From the NCBI GenBank assembly GCA_003990765.1, contig RBNJ01000142.1, positions 1 to 39,410 of the forward strand: a stretch of DNA of 39,410 bases, written 5' to 3'. Origin of the DNA: Jimgerdemannia flammicorona. Lineage: Eukaryota. The translations under genes and the position numbers were made by a program. Numbering within the stretch: the first letter of the stretch is position 1; each line of letters begins with the position of its first letter. Positions 10,840-24,043 of this stretch are shown piece by piece. Under the pieces are notes generated by a model that saw only the letters and a program-made list of their open reading frames with translations, was not told the origin of the DNA and did not search any database.

Positions 10840-13103
10840 AGCTATATAGATAACCAGATAGTAATCACAACTATTTAAAATACTCTAGAGATAAGAGTAA
10901 ATAAACCTCAGTTTGAAATTGAAACTAAAAAGTAAAAGATAAGCCTATCTACTATACTTTGAGAGATATACCTACTAAAAACCACTTGATCCTAAAAGAA
11001 AAAAAATTATAATATTTAGAAGAAATATCTACTCTAAAGTTACTTTTAGGAGATTGTAAGCTTGTCTGATTTATACTCTGGTCAACTTTCTGATATAAAG
11101 AAGTCTACTACTCAAAGTTAGTCTAGTATAAGATATATCTTTATAACAAATCTATTTATACAAATAAAGCAGTCTTTGATATAACTTTGAAAAGTCTGCT
11201 ATATTTTGGTATATTTGCCAGATAAAGCTAGAAATCTATCAATTTAGAAAGAATCTATATTATCTATTATTTTTGAGTAAATCTGTATCCTCCAAAGTTA
11301 TCTATTAAATTTACTAACTTATTATCTAATAAGAAAGTCTGCCAAATTATCTGTATAATAAATAAGACTATTATATAGAAATTGTATACTTTTGAAAGTA
11401 GATCATTATATAGAAATTATGTATATACTTTTGGAATCCATTATGCTATACAGAGATTATTATATAAATTACTATTATATTCAAGAACTATACTAATAAG
11501 AAAATTAATAGAATTATTTATAAATATCCAGATTTATCTATTATATATATACTACTACTAAACATTAATAAGAAATTGAGAATTATAGAATATTTTATTA
11601 CTTTTGACAAAGTAACTGAGGGCTCAAGTCAATCTATATAGTAGTTTTAACCTTGTAATTTATCTCTATTAAGTCAGTATATTATATTTAAGAGGCTTAA
11701 CTAAAAAGATTTTCTTTAAATCTATATGACTTTTTAGCTTACAAGAATTCAAGAGTCAAACTGAATATATTTGATATAATACAAATCTCTATTACTATAG
11801 AAAAATGAGTCATTACTAGTATTTGGACAGAAAGAGAAGTAATTATCTTAAGACTTATCAATTACCTAGTATCAGAAGGATTCTAATCAGAAATCAGTAT
11901 AGTATAGAATTCTCAACCAGTACTAACAGACTTACTACCAGGAAATCTGATTCAGCCAGATCAACCAGATAATATAGATAGCTCTGCTAGAAACTTCAAT
12001 AAGCTTATATAAGAATTAAAAGATTTTATTACACAATTCTAGTTTCTCTCAAAAGTCCCACCAGTCTTCCCTATTGAACCACTATTAAAACTAGTAACTA
12101 TAGAATTAGAAGGATCAGAAATAGTTTCTTCAAGAATACCCAGACCTACTGCACCTCACTCAAGATTAATAACATTATCTTTAGGATATCCAAGCATTTC
12201 AAGCTCTAGCAACAACTCAAAAAGTAAATTAGAACTAAAAGACAGTGATAATAAAATGACCACCTCAATAACAATTTTTACAAGATATTCAAAAGAAGAC
12301 CTAAGAGATTTTCTTGATATAATTAAAGGAATAACAGCTTTAAAGAATCTCTCTACTCAGAGAAAAGTTACTATCTATAAGACTCAACTTAGAGAACTAG
12401 CTAAGGGAATTTTCAACTAAGTAGTAAGTAATGTACATTTAGACCTTAGAGCAGTTATCTATATAGTATTATCTTGAGAAGAAGAATATAGAGTTATAAC
12501 CCACTAGCTTATTGAAAAATATACAGAAAATAAAATCTACTATAAGGCTCAAGAATCTATTATAGAGATGAAGATAAATTTCAGAGAATTGCTCAGAGTA
12601 TTCTTTATTAGAATCTAGAAAAGAATATATATAGCTAGGTTCAATACTACTAACTAAGACATTATAGGTCCAATAATCTTTATGAATAAGATTCCTCCAA
12701 ATATTACTTAGTATATTTATACTCTAGATATTAGAAAGCTTGAAGAATAAGTAGATATAGCTTAAGAATTTTTTAATGTTAGACAAGGAACTATCTAGAG
12801 TAATTATGATAAGAAGAATGATAAAGAAGATCTTTTGGTTAAAACCCTATAAGAACTTTTTCAAGAATATGAAAAATCAGAAGAAGAGAAGCCAGTTAAG
12901 GAGTAAAAGAAAGAGAGAAATAAAATCCAAGATCTTAACTTCAAGTTGGACTGATTAGTTGGACAAATTGAAAAACTCACCATATATAAAAATTGAAGCT
13001 ATTTATAGAATGATAGAGGGTATATACTATAAAGAAATCAAGACTACCTATTCAGTATAATGTGTCCAGCTCAATGGGAGTAAATTATAAGATTAGATAT
13101 TAA
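10840..13103 (+). mobile_element. Very decayed Gypsy remnant F: LTR (to ~11638), PBS-like remnant and gag
   Basis: LTR-like part matches 13104-14120 in inverted orientation; gag-like IFTRYSKEDLRDFLDIIKGI...KVTIYKTQLRELAKGIF at ~12270-12420. Confidence 0.6.
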
Positions 13104-14120
13104 TGTAGTTTGGTTTAAGCCTCTAGTTACTTTGTCAAAAAGTAATAAAATATTCTAATATTCCTGAGGTTCTTAGTATTTAGTGATATAATAGTCAAGT
13201 CTAGATACAGTGATTGATTCTAGTAGTTTTCTTATTGAGATAGTTCTTGAGTATAGTAGTAATTTCATATGATAGTCTCTATATAACATAGTATTTTTCT
13301 TATATGTATAGGACAATCTGGTAATTTAGTAGTTTCTTTCTTAAATAGCAGCAATCTCTTTCTGTATAGTGTGATAATCTCTATATAGTATAATGATCTC
13401 CAAAAAAAATGTAATTTTTAGTATAATAATCTTGGCAGTATTTCTTATATAGATTTGATAGATAACTTGATTTAGCAGGTGATTTGATTTTATATAGATT
13501 CTCCTAAATTAGTAGGCTTTTAGAAATATCAGATAACTTGGATAACTTAGATGATTTGAATAACTTAGATAACTCAGATAACTCAGATGATACAGATTCT
13601 TAATAGGTTATATCAAGACTGATTTCATTTATATAGAATTATATTATAGACTGGCTCTACTATAAAGTTATATCAGAAGACTAACTTATGGCAAGGTTTC
13701 TTATAGTAGGCTCTTTGAAAATGATAGTAGATTTTTCTCTTGATAAAGTTGTATCAAGACTGGCTTCATTTATATAGAGTTATGTTAGATAGACTAGCTC
13801 TACTATAAAGTTGCATCAATAGACTAGCTTTATAACAAAAGGTAGACTTCTTCTTGAAAGTGTCAGCTTATTTCTTAAATAACAAATTACTCAAATAGCA
13901 GTAAAGTTCTTCACTCAAACTTAGATAGTAAAATACTCAGGTTCTTCAGGCTTATCTAGTGAATATACTAATCAATCTATATCAAAAAGTGGACTAGAGT
14001 GGAAAGAAAAGCTATTATTTTAGATTCAATTTTAGACTAAGATTTATTCACTCTTGTCTCTGGAGTATTTTATATAGTTGTAGTTACTATCTAATTACTA
14101 TCTGATTAATTATAAAATAC
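13104..14120 (-). repeat. Decayed LTR related to the element F LTR, inverted (possibly the 3' LTR of remnant E)
   Basis: Starts TGTAGTTTGG; reverse complement aligns with 11560-11638 and 10860-10930; internal 9-bp and ~90-bp duplications. Confidence 0.6.
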
Positions 14121-14597
14121 ATAGTATAGCTAAATATAATATATGACTTCCACTGTACCCTCAGGATATAGTATCTTTAAGATATAGTGCCTTTAAGGTT
14201 CAGTTATCATAATCTAGGTATTTGGTACTATTTATATGGTTTTTACAGCAACTAGATAACTATGAGAGTAACTATGATATATGGTCATATTATCTGGGTA
14301 TCTCATATATATATCACATTAGTCTTCACTAAAGGATGATCTGTACTCAGACTATTCTTTAGTTATCATTTTAGTAGATATAAGCATCTTCTGCACCAAT
14401 ACCTATACTATCACTATATTAGAGTCAGGGTCACTCTATTCAAGATCTGAGCCTTATTACTCTAGTGGAGAATAGAAACTCCACTTATTGTAGTATACTT
14501 TGGAAGATAGCTTTATTTATCTTTTGAATATTATTATATGAAATTGTACTTAGGTGAGTACTCTCTCATTGTGTCTATAGAGTATATAGATCTTTTT

Positions 14598-16641
14598 TAT
14601 AAGTATACAACCTCCAAGCTACTGAAATCACATATCACTCTCAGAAAAAATCTAGAAATCATATATAAGATTATGAAGCTGAGTTAAACTAAAGTTACAA
14701 AGTACAAAGCTGAGTCAACTCAAAGTCATAGCACACAAGATTTACACAAATAGAATCTTACTAATTAAGACTGAATATATATATTGAGTACTCAGATATA
14801 TCAAAACAAAGAACTATAACAAATTAAATAAATAACTACAACTCTTAAACATATATATAAACATGACCACTGAGATCTACAACTATATCCATACTAATAT
14901 TTGGAATGCCATTATCAATTGAGCTATACTACCTCTACCCCTTATAAATATCCATAGTCTGATACCTTTTTATTTCATAGAAGCTCAATGAAAAACCCTG
15001 AACATACTCAGTAAAGCCCACTAAATTAGATAAATCTCAAACTACTATCAGATCAGCCACCTTCTAAAAGACATGATTGAATACTACTATAATATAGATA
15101 TTATCCAAATATCTCAACACTAGAAGCTCATTGCCCATAAATACTGAGAACTCTTTTATGAGTATAGTACCTTTATTCCCATCTCTAAGTTACTACTGCA
15201 GAAATAGTTACTACTCTATTCTATGGCCAAATCAATGATATGGTACAAGAACTTAACTACAAATATATTAAATATATTCAAACTACAGACAGAACCTTCC
15301 TATATCCTGATGACTATATTTTGCAAATACCCCAAGTTGGATATGTCATAAAGGATATTTATAATATAATCTAGTTCAATAATTATAAAGTAGAAGATAA
15401 CAATCCCTTTAATGCTGACATGATCTTCAGCCAAAAATCTCTGCCAGCCCTAATTATCCCACTAACCTTACTAATGAACTTATAATAGTTTATAATCATC
15501 TATGAGATCTATTGGAATAATGACTATTGTTATGAGTACTAATCTGCATTCATATCTGATTACTTTAACTATAATGAAGAAACTAGAGAATATAATCTAT
15601 ACCTCCAGACAACTCTTAAGATCAAGCCAATAACCCCCTCTGAGTATGAATAAAATATATAAGCTACAGTTGTTAATATACTATAATCCTGTAACTTATA
15701 GCACTATTATCTATAGAAGATATATAGACAGTAAATCTGATGAAAGCAAAAATAATATATCTCTCCTTTACCTACTAACTCTATATCTAGTATATAAGAC
15801 AGATGATACTATCCTATAGAATAGTAATATGGTCTTATCTGAGCAAATAGAGAGAAGTAATTCAAGAACTACTCTTCCTAGATGACTACTTCATCAGAGA
15901 TGATATTATTGATAGTGATATCATTGAAGACTACTCAGATAGTATCTAAATCTATAGATAGCTTAGCAGTCATTAGTATAGTTAGATTAGCTTTATATGA
16001 TATAATTATATATTGACTTAGCAGTCAGACAATCTCTTGATATATTAGTTCACACTTATACTATATGACTGCATTCTGACTCAGTAAGGTACTAAGTACT
16101 ATATCCATATTTAGCATAGTCCAGATAGCCTCTCATTAGTATAAATATCCTCTCCTCCAGATCTCAGAAACTCAGACTTAAATAGACTTGAACAGATCTA
16201 TATATAAGAACTCCTGAATACTTCTCCACAATATCCCTTTATATAACTACTTCTAGTATAGTAATATTATGAATAGCAAATAAATCTATTTAATAACTCA
16301 CAACTCACTTTTAAGTAAATCTATACTCTATTAGGTCTCACTTCTAAATATATTATAAAATTTTCTAATTGGATATTGTCTGTAACAATATGTCAATTCA
16401 ACTAAGCTGATTTTAGTTTTTTAAACTTTCTGAAATACAGAAAATCCTGAACATCTAGAATAAATCCAAAAAAAGAACTTTGATTGAGATATTAATCTAA
16501 TCTTAAAATCAATAAGTATAGATAATATACTCTATATAAAATTGATCTTAACCTTAAGAAAACAGTCTTCTAGAATATCTAGAACTTCAGAAAACTCTTC
16601 CAGAACTATATAATGGTACTTTTATAAGTAATTCTATTATA
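14598..16641 (+). mobile_element. Solo LTR D (~2.04 kb), older copy of the LTR C family
   Basis: Collinear with 2614-4314 including the dead ORF (14863-15949); also has the ~370-bp 3' segment present in B LTRs but deleted in C; flanks TTTTT/CTTCT fit a C>T-decayed TSD. Confidence 0.9.
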
Positions 16642-16919
16642 CTTCTAGTAGCTATATTATTTCAGTAGTTTAAACATACAGATATTCTTATATATATGGG
16701 GTCTTAAAAGACTTATCTAATGAAGAAATAGATTTATAACTGATGGACCTATAGCAATCTCTGAGCTATAGTAAGGTTTTTGAGATACTCTTGAATTCAT
16801 CTACCTAGAGTTTCTTAGAGTTAATGGAATATAGGTATGGAGATAGGTAGAGACTATAGAAAACTGAGAATAAGGGTCTGAAGATACTAGTCAATTATCT
16901 AATTTATAGTATAGAGAGA

Positions 16920-17652
16920 TATATCTTAAGGCAATTGATATATACTAGTATCCTTAGAGTTCATCTATCTATACTTCTTAAATAGATACTAGTTCCTCTG
17001 ATATTATATACAAGATAAGGTCCTTTCCATTTAGGCTTCAGTTTGGTAGTAAAGTTTATTTCAATCACACTTCTTCAAACTAATATTTGATCTCCAATCT
17101 TAATCTTCTGATCCTTCTACTTCTAGTTATAATACTTCTGTTGTCTTTTTTGGGCCTTAATAATCTGGATTCAGACTTAATTATATAACTGTTCTGTCTT
17201 CTTGAGGAGATCTCCAAGATTCTTATGATCAGAAGTTCTGATCCTTTTGATAAACATCATCTTGAATAACTTCTATTTGGTGGAGATAATAGGGGTATTA
17301 TGAATTCTCCATAGGATCTCAAATAAGCAGAGATCCTAGTTGATAGAATTAACTTAGGTAAGTCCTTTCTTAATAGTCTGATTTATTTGTTCTATCATAC
17401 CATTAGTCTGAGGATAGTATGATATAGTTTACTTGAGATGAATCTTGTAAATTCAGATATAACTTATAATTATATTATTGATAAATTCTGTGTCTCAGTC
17501 AGAGATAAGTTTTTCTGAAAGTCTATCTAAGTATAAGTCTATAGAGAAGACCAATAATGATCAGGGTATCTGTAATTTTCATTGGAAAGACTTTGGGCTA
17601 CTTAGTCAGATATTCTACAAATATAAGAATATACTTATTTCTCCTTGGTATA
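16920..17652 (-). pseudogene. Integrase core and C-terminus of old Gypsy remnant E (host of element B)
   Basis: NKYILIFVEYLTK*P; YYPQTNGMIEQINQTIK; KLKPKWKGPY. Confidence 0.85.
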
Positions 17653-19151
17653 TGTAAGAGGGTTACTTTTTAGGGTAACCGTTATGTAGTTCTGGAAAGG
17701 TTTTCTGGATATTTTAGATGTTCTGGAAGACCATTTTCTTATGGTCAAGATCAATTTTGTATGGAGTACATCCTCTATGCTTATTGATTTCAAGATTGGG
17801 TTGACGTCTCAACCAAAGTCCTTTTTCGGACTAGTTCTGGATGTTCAGGATTTTCCGTATTTCAGAAAGTTCAAGAAACTAAAGCCAGCTTAGTTGAATT
17901 GGTGTATCGCTGCAGACAATACCCAATTAGGAAATTTCGTGATGGGGTTAGGAGTGGGACCTAACAGAGAGCAGATTTACTTAAGAGTGGTTTATGGGTT
18001 ATGGAATAGGTTTATTTGCTATTTATGATATTGCTATACTAGAAGTAGTTGTGTGAAGGGATATTGTGTGGAAGTATTCAGGAATGTTCTTATGTGTTCG
18101 AGTCTGTTCAAGTCTGAGATTCTGAGGTCTGGGGGAGGGGGTATTTATACTAGTGAGGGGCGATCTGGACTATACTAGATATGAATATAGCACTAAGTGC
18201 CTTGCTGAGTCGGAATACAGTCACATAGTATAAGTATGATCTGACATATCAAGAGATCATCTGACTGCTGAGTCAGTTCACAGTCACGTCATACAAGGCT
18301 AATCTAACTATACTATGACTGCTAGACTATTTATAGGTTTAGGTGCTGTCTGGTTAGTCTTTGATGACATCACTATTGATGACATCATCGCTGACAAAGT
18401 CTGAGCAGTTTTCTGACTTCTGATATCATCAGTTTCAAGGTGTCATCACTTCTATCTCTTGCAAGATTAAGGCTGTCCTTGGTAGCAGTGGTTATACAAG
18501 GATAACAGGTCTTGGTTCTCTTTTTTTTTGGTCTGCTGGTGCATTTGTAAGGACTGGCCATTCTCATCTAGGGCGAGGGCTCCCAATGTCGCAGCTGGGG
18601 GTTCGAACCTCTCAGAAATGATATTTTCTGTAATCCGAGGCAATTTCTAGTAGTAATATCTGTTACATGGATGGCTTGAGATTGGTTTCGACATTGTCGG
18701 CTTTCTTGAGTTCAGATGAAGTGTCCATCACTCTCCAATAGAGGTGATACAGATAAAGCAAACAGAGTTGTTCAAATGCATTTTGCTTCTGCTAAGTAAT
18801 GAGGTCTTATATAGTCGCAGTATATCTTAGTCTTGAGTTAATAAGTGCAGTTCATAAACCTTTTGATGGGTGAGATAGGGTTCTTTTTGTCTTGATTTGA
18901 GTTTGGTACTTTTGGTTTCTTTTGTAATAGTACAGTACACCAAACTAGCTATAGCGGTTCAGAGTCAGTCTTATGGTTATAGTACTTCTTCTAGTATTCT
19001 TGTATCTTGGCAGTGGGTTCTCATGCTTGCTGGCATATTTGTGTAACCAGATGATCTCTTCAGTAACTTGTTTTGTAGTCTTGCATGTAGTTTCCAAATT
19101 AGTTCTGAGGATACTATGTGATTTTGGTGGCTTGGAGGTTGTGTGCTTACA
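17653..19151 (-). repeat. 3' LTR of element B
   Basis: TGTAAG...CTTACA termini; collinear with 22546-24043. Confidence 0.97.
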
Positions 19152-19165
19152 ACTCTCCCCTTCTT
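19152..19165 (-). other. Polypurine tract of element B
   Basis: AAGAAGGGGAGAGT abutting the 3' LTR. Confidence 0.85.
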
Positions 19166-19199
19166 AGCTTTCGACGTCCTTGTCAGGGCCTTCTAATTT

Positions 19200-19335
19200 G
19201 TTCTGATGTTGTTGTACCATTTGGATGGTTCTTGTAGCTGTGTTTGTTGAAGATTTGTTCAACTTTGTACTCTTCTTGGTCATTAATAATAACAGGTGCA
19301 GGTGGTTTTGTGGTTTGGTTCGGAAATGTGTCTCA
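19200..19335 (-). pseudogene. Truncated chromodomain and linker remnant
   Basis: DTFPNQTTKPPAPVIINDQEEYKVEQIFNKH resembles the chromovirus PPPP..DGEEEYEVE.IL chromodomain start. Confidence 0.7.
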
Positions 19336-19559
19336 GATCTTCTGGAGTAGTGGTCTGACATGGTTGTCAACTTTGGAAAAATCTTCTTCAGAGTTCTCAG
19401 GTTCTCCTTTGGGTAGTTAGATGGAGATAGCGAAGAGAGGGTATTTCTTGGCCAATTTCTTGAGTTGTAGCTTGTTGATATGGGTGATCTTTGGTCCAAG
19501 GTCACTAGAGTTGAGTGAGTCCTTTTTGCCTTGTAGTTTGAAGTTGTGGTGTCCTTTCT

Positions 19560-19900
19560 TGATGGTCAGAGAATGGTTTACCCAATCGATCATGGGGTTC
19601 TCTTGTTTTAACCATGGAGTCCCAAGGATGATTTCATTGTCAGGAAGTGGTATGATTTGGAGGATAACATATACTCAGTAGTCACCAATTCAGAAGGGTA
19701 GATTGCGGACTTCTTTGCTAATAACATGTGAGGTTCCATCAGCTGTAGCAACTGCTTGAGTTTGCTGTACTGGGGAGGTGAAGACCTTGAGTCTATTGGC
19801 TGTCTCTTCATTAATGAAGTTGCCTGAGGCACCACTGTCTATCATAATCTTGACAGGTGCTCCATTGACAAAAGTCTTAAGGGTGAGCAGTTTGTCTGAT
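19560..19900 (-). pseudogene. Aspartic protease of element B
   Basis: VNGAPVKIMIDSGASGNFI; IILGTPWLKQENPMIDW. Confidence 0.92.
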
Positions 19901-20107
19901 CCAATGGTGGTGATTTCAGTTGTAGGAGCCTTTCTTCTGTTGGTTCTTCTTTGAGCCAGTTTGTTGACACAAGAGAAGCAATCATCAATCATTCGGGAAG
20001 AGTATATTCCAATACCATGAGGGCATCGGCCACTTGATATATATCCATCTTTGATCTTCTTGTAGAATTGTTCTTCTTTGCTTATGGTAGATTGGGCTGG
20101 GGCCTTG

Positions 20108-20520
20108 TTTGATGAGCCAAATCCTTTGGATCCTCAGATGGTGGGCAGTAGTTCAGGGACTTCTTTGACTGTCAGGGTTGACTTGATTTTTTCGAATAGG
20201 ATCTGGGTGATGCAGAAGCCAATAGGGATCTTGAAGGGTGTCCAACTGTGATTTCGAATGAGGACAATGATTTCGCCTGTATAATCTTCATCAATGACTC
20301 CTCCTTCTACTGAGAGTCCTTTCAGTACTAGGCTGCTGCAACAGCATATTCTTCCAACATGTCCTTCAGGGATTTGGATACTGATTCCTGTATAGACTTG
20401 TTTGACTTCTTGGTTAGAAACTGTAGCTTCTTCGGCTATATACAGGTCATATCCAGCTGCTTTTTGACTTTCTTTTGGTTGGGGTCTTAGCAGTTTGTCT
20501 TAACTTGACAAAGTCCAGTG
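20108..20520 (-). pseudogene. dUTPase of element B, between zinc knuckle and protease (absent from the ORF track)
   Basis: Manual translation: AAGYDLY...GHVGRICCCSSL..GGVIDEDYTGEII...CITQILF...*GSKGFGSS; the motif Arg residues appear converted by CpG decay. Confidence 0.92.
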
Positions 20521-20589
20521 TTCTGGTGGTCAGGTTGTTGAGGTGGTACAGAGTGGTAACAGTTGCTCATGTTGCTGTTCAGGGTTTTC

Positions 20590-22540
20590 GGTTGGGGCAG
20601 GCACTGGCCATGTGTCCTGTCTTTCGGCAATAGAAGCATGCTCTGCTTCTTCGAAGTTCATTTCTTTCACCTTCAGTAAGTTTCTTGAAGGTACTTGGCT
20701 GGGTGGGTTCATGATTTCTGGGTGTCCAAGAGGTGGATGTAGAGGGAGCTCGAGATGCTTCATGCTTGGGTTCTTCTTTCTTGGTCCAAGTCTTTTCCTT
20801 GTTGTTGAATTGCCTTCAGGGCAGAATTGGTCCAGCTGTTAGGATTCACTTAACCATGGTCTTAATTCTTGCTAGGCACCATTGTTGGTGATCACAACCA
20901 ACTGGGTGGCCTTGCTCTTGGATTTTTCTAGTAAGCCATTCAGGCAAGGCATCAAATAAATAGTCTGCTCTTGTACCATTTCATGCTTCATCATTGGCGA
21001 TGTATCCTAGGCCAACAGTGTTCAGGAGTGACTCGAGTTTTGTATAGAAGGTTTCGAATTCTTCTTTGCCATGTACATCAAATTTGAGGTTGCAGAGTTT
21101 TACTCAAGATTCAGTAATCATGATTTCACTGTGGTATTGAGCAATCATGAGTTGTTTGAGTCCAGGGGCTGCAGGATGGGCTCTATATCCTGGGGCATTG
21201 TTTGCTGCATTCTGAGCAACTACTGTAGGTCGGGTGTCCTATGTGAGGGGTTTTTCAGGAAGGGTTCGCCACCATTCTTCAGCAGGTCCTTGGAAGAATG
21301 TAACAACTTGGCAGACATAGGCTGTAGTGGTAGCAAAGAGTTGTTCCAGGGTGTGGTCTTGATTGTTTGTCAAAACGCGGTCAGCAACTCGCTCATTAGT
21401 CCATTGATTTGCTTCGAAGTTGGTGTCAACTATACTAATGAAGCTTTGGACTTCTTGTACAGTACCATTGAAGGTAGGTAGGCTCAGATTTTTTGTAGGT
21501 CGGGTCTGTTCAGCTAAGGCAGTAATAGTTGCTGCCATTATAGCTACTTGGGCTGTGAGATTAAGAATCTGTTAGTTTGCCATGTTGATTGCTGGAGGCA
21601 GTTGGACTGCTGGTAGTGGTGTTACTGGTACTACTTGAGGTACTGGTGCAGAGTGTGATGGGGTTCTTTGGGTCTGTGTAAGCTGCTGGAGTAGTAGTTG
21701 TGGGTCTGGAGTGAGGGCTTGATAGATAGCTATTTGTTGCTGTGTAGGTGTATTCTGTCCTGATGGAGGTACTTCTCCTTCGGTGGTGTATCCGGGATTG
21801 AATTCAGTGAGATACTCCTCCTCTTCTTCGGTTTGGTCTCTGTGTAATTGGGTTTGTTCGGCATCAAAGTAGATAGAATCAGTTGTATATCTGATTTCAG
21901 ATGGACTTAATTCAAAGTCAAGTTCAGGTTCGGTATTGGTTTCAGATTCAGGTAGGGCTGTAGCAGGGCCTGCTTCAGGTTCAGGGTCAGGTAGTTGGTG
22001 AAGGGTTTCTCTTGCTTCTTCTTTGAGGATATGGCGGGCCTTGCTGTTCTGGAATCAGTAGTATAAGGCGGTCTTGGTCCTGGTGCAGTGAAAGTCAGTA
22101 GAGTTGATCCACTTGGCTACAGAGGCTTGGGCTTTGTGAGAAACTAAGGCTAGAAAGACTGCTGCTGGTTATCCTAGGTCGCTCGGATTTGTAGAGCTGA
22201 CAAAACTCTTGTTGAGAAGAGTAAAGAAGGCTTCAATAAGACCTTCTTTGTCTTGACTTGCTAGGTGTAGTGCAAGGAGTTTGGTGAATAGGGTTTTGCC
22301 TATTTGCTGGTTTAACTGGAGTACTCCTTTCTTAGAATGAAGTTTGTCCCACTTGTTGCAGGTGTGGAGGTCAAATTGTCCTTGTATGTTAGGTTCAATT
22401 CTCTCCAGATTGTCGGATGATTCAGGATAAATTCCAGTTCAGAGGTTGGGCTTTATACCAACTTGTAGGAATTCGCAGAAGGGTTTATAGCAGGGTGAGG
22501 AAGCGTCTTGAAGTGGAATTGGATTGTAAATCACTGCTAC
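20590..22540 (-). pseudogene. Gag of element B with long N-terminal extension and CCHC knuckle
   Basis: LSLPTFNGTVQEVQSFI...FFQGPAEEWW; CFYCRKTGHMASAC at ~20598-20640. Confidence 0.85.
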
Positions 22541-22542
22541 CA
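22531..22542 (-). other. Primer-binding site of element B, initiator-tRNA-Met-like
   Basis: TGGTAGCAGTGA 3 nt after the LTR end; TGGTAGC is the usual complement of fungal/animal tRNA-iMet 3' ends. Confidence 0.7.
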
Positions 22543-22545
22543 AGT

Positions 22546-24043
22546 TGTAAGAGGGTTACTTTTTTAGAGTAACCATTACGTAGTTCTAGAAAGGTTTTCT
22601 GGATATTCTGGATATTCTGGAAGACTGTTTTCTTATAGTTAAGATCAATTTCATATGGAGTATGTCCTCTATGCTTATTGATTTCAAGATTGGGTTGACG
22701 TCTCAACCAAAGTCCTTTTTCAGACTAGTTCTGGATATTCAGGATTTTCCGTATTTCAGGAAGTTCAAGAAACTAAGGCCAGCTTAGTTAAATTGGTGTA
22801 TCACTGCAGACAATACCCAATTAGGAAATTTCATGATGGGGTTAGGAGTGGGACCTAACAGGGAGCGGATTTACTTAAGAGTGGTTTATGGGTTATGGAA
22901 TAGATTTATTTGCTATTCATGATATTGCTATACTAGGAGTAGTTATATAAAGGGATATTGTGGGGAAGTATTCAGGAATGTTCTTATGTATTTGAGTCTG
23001 TTCAAGTCTGAGATTCTGAGGTCTGGGGAGGGGGTATTTATACTAGTGAGGGGCGATCTGGACTATACTAGATATGGATGTAGCACTAAGTGCCTTGCTG
23101 AGTCGGAATGCAGTCACATAGTATAAGTGTGATCTGACATGTCAAGAGATCATCTGACTGCTGAGTCAGTTCACAGTCATGTCATACAAGGCTAATCTAA
23201 CTATACTATGACTGCTAGGCTATTTATAGGTTTAGGTGCTATCTGGTTAGTCTTTGATGACATCACTATTGATGACATCATCGCTGGCAAAGTCTGAGCA
23301 GTTTTCTGACTTCTGATATCATCAGTTTCAAGATGTCATCACTTCTATCTCTTGCAAGATTAAGGCTGTCCTTGGTGGCAGTGGTTGTACAAGGATAACA
23401 GGTCTTGGTTCTCTTTTTTTTTGGTCTGCTGGTGTATTTGCAAGGACTGGCATTCTTGTCTAGGGTGAGGGCTCCCAATGTTGCAGCTGGGGGTTCAAAC
23501 CTCTTGGAAATGATATTTTCTGTAATCTGAGGCAATTTCTAGTAGTAATATCTGTCACATGGATGGCTTGAGATTGGTTTCGACATTGTCGGCTTTCTTA
23601 AGTTCAGATGAAATGTCCATTACTCTCCAACGGAGGTGATACAGATAAAGCGAACGGAGTTGTTTAAATGTGTTTTGCTTCTGCTAAGTAATGAGGTCTT
23701 GTATAGTCACAGTATATCTTAGTCTTGAGTTGATAAGTACAGTTCGTGAACCTTTTGATGGGTGAGATAGGGTTCTTCTTGTCTTGATTTGAGTTTGGTA
23801 CTTTTGGTTTCTTTTGTAATAGTACAGTACACCAAACTAGCTATAGCAGTTCAGAGTCAGTCTTATGGTTGTAGTACTTCTTCTAATATTCTTGTATCTT
23901 GGCGGTGGGTTCTTATGCTTGCTGACGTATTTGTGTAACCAGATGATCTCTTCAGTAACTTGTTTTGTAGTCTCGCATGTGGTTTCCAAATTAGTTCTGA
24001 GGATACCATGCGATTTTGGTGGCTTGGAGGTTGTACACTTATA
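22546..24043 (-). repeat. 5' LTR of element B
   Basis: Collinear with 17653-19151; differences almost all transitions; terminal TACA decayed to TATA. Confidence 0.97.

Larger units (their letters stand above)
17653..24043 (-). mobile_element. Non-autonomous Ty3/Gypsy (chromovirus-like) element B: gag-CCHC-dUTPase-PR-chromodomain stub, lacking RT/RH/IN
   Basis: LTRs 17653-19151 and 22546-24043; TSD GTATA (17648-17652, 24044-24048); PBS and PPT present; internal region only 3,394 bp. Confidence 0.93.

Noticed and set aside
18385-18567. Short PKKKRTK (NLS-like) ORFs in both B LTRs
   Set aside because: The lysines come from an A-run and the frames differ between the two LTR copies; not supportable as a protein without a family consensus.
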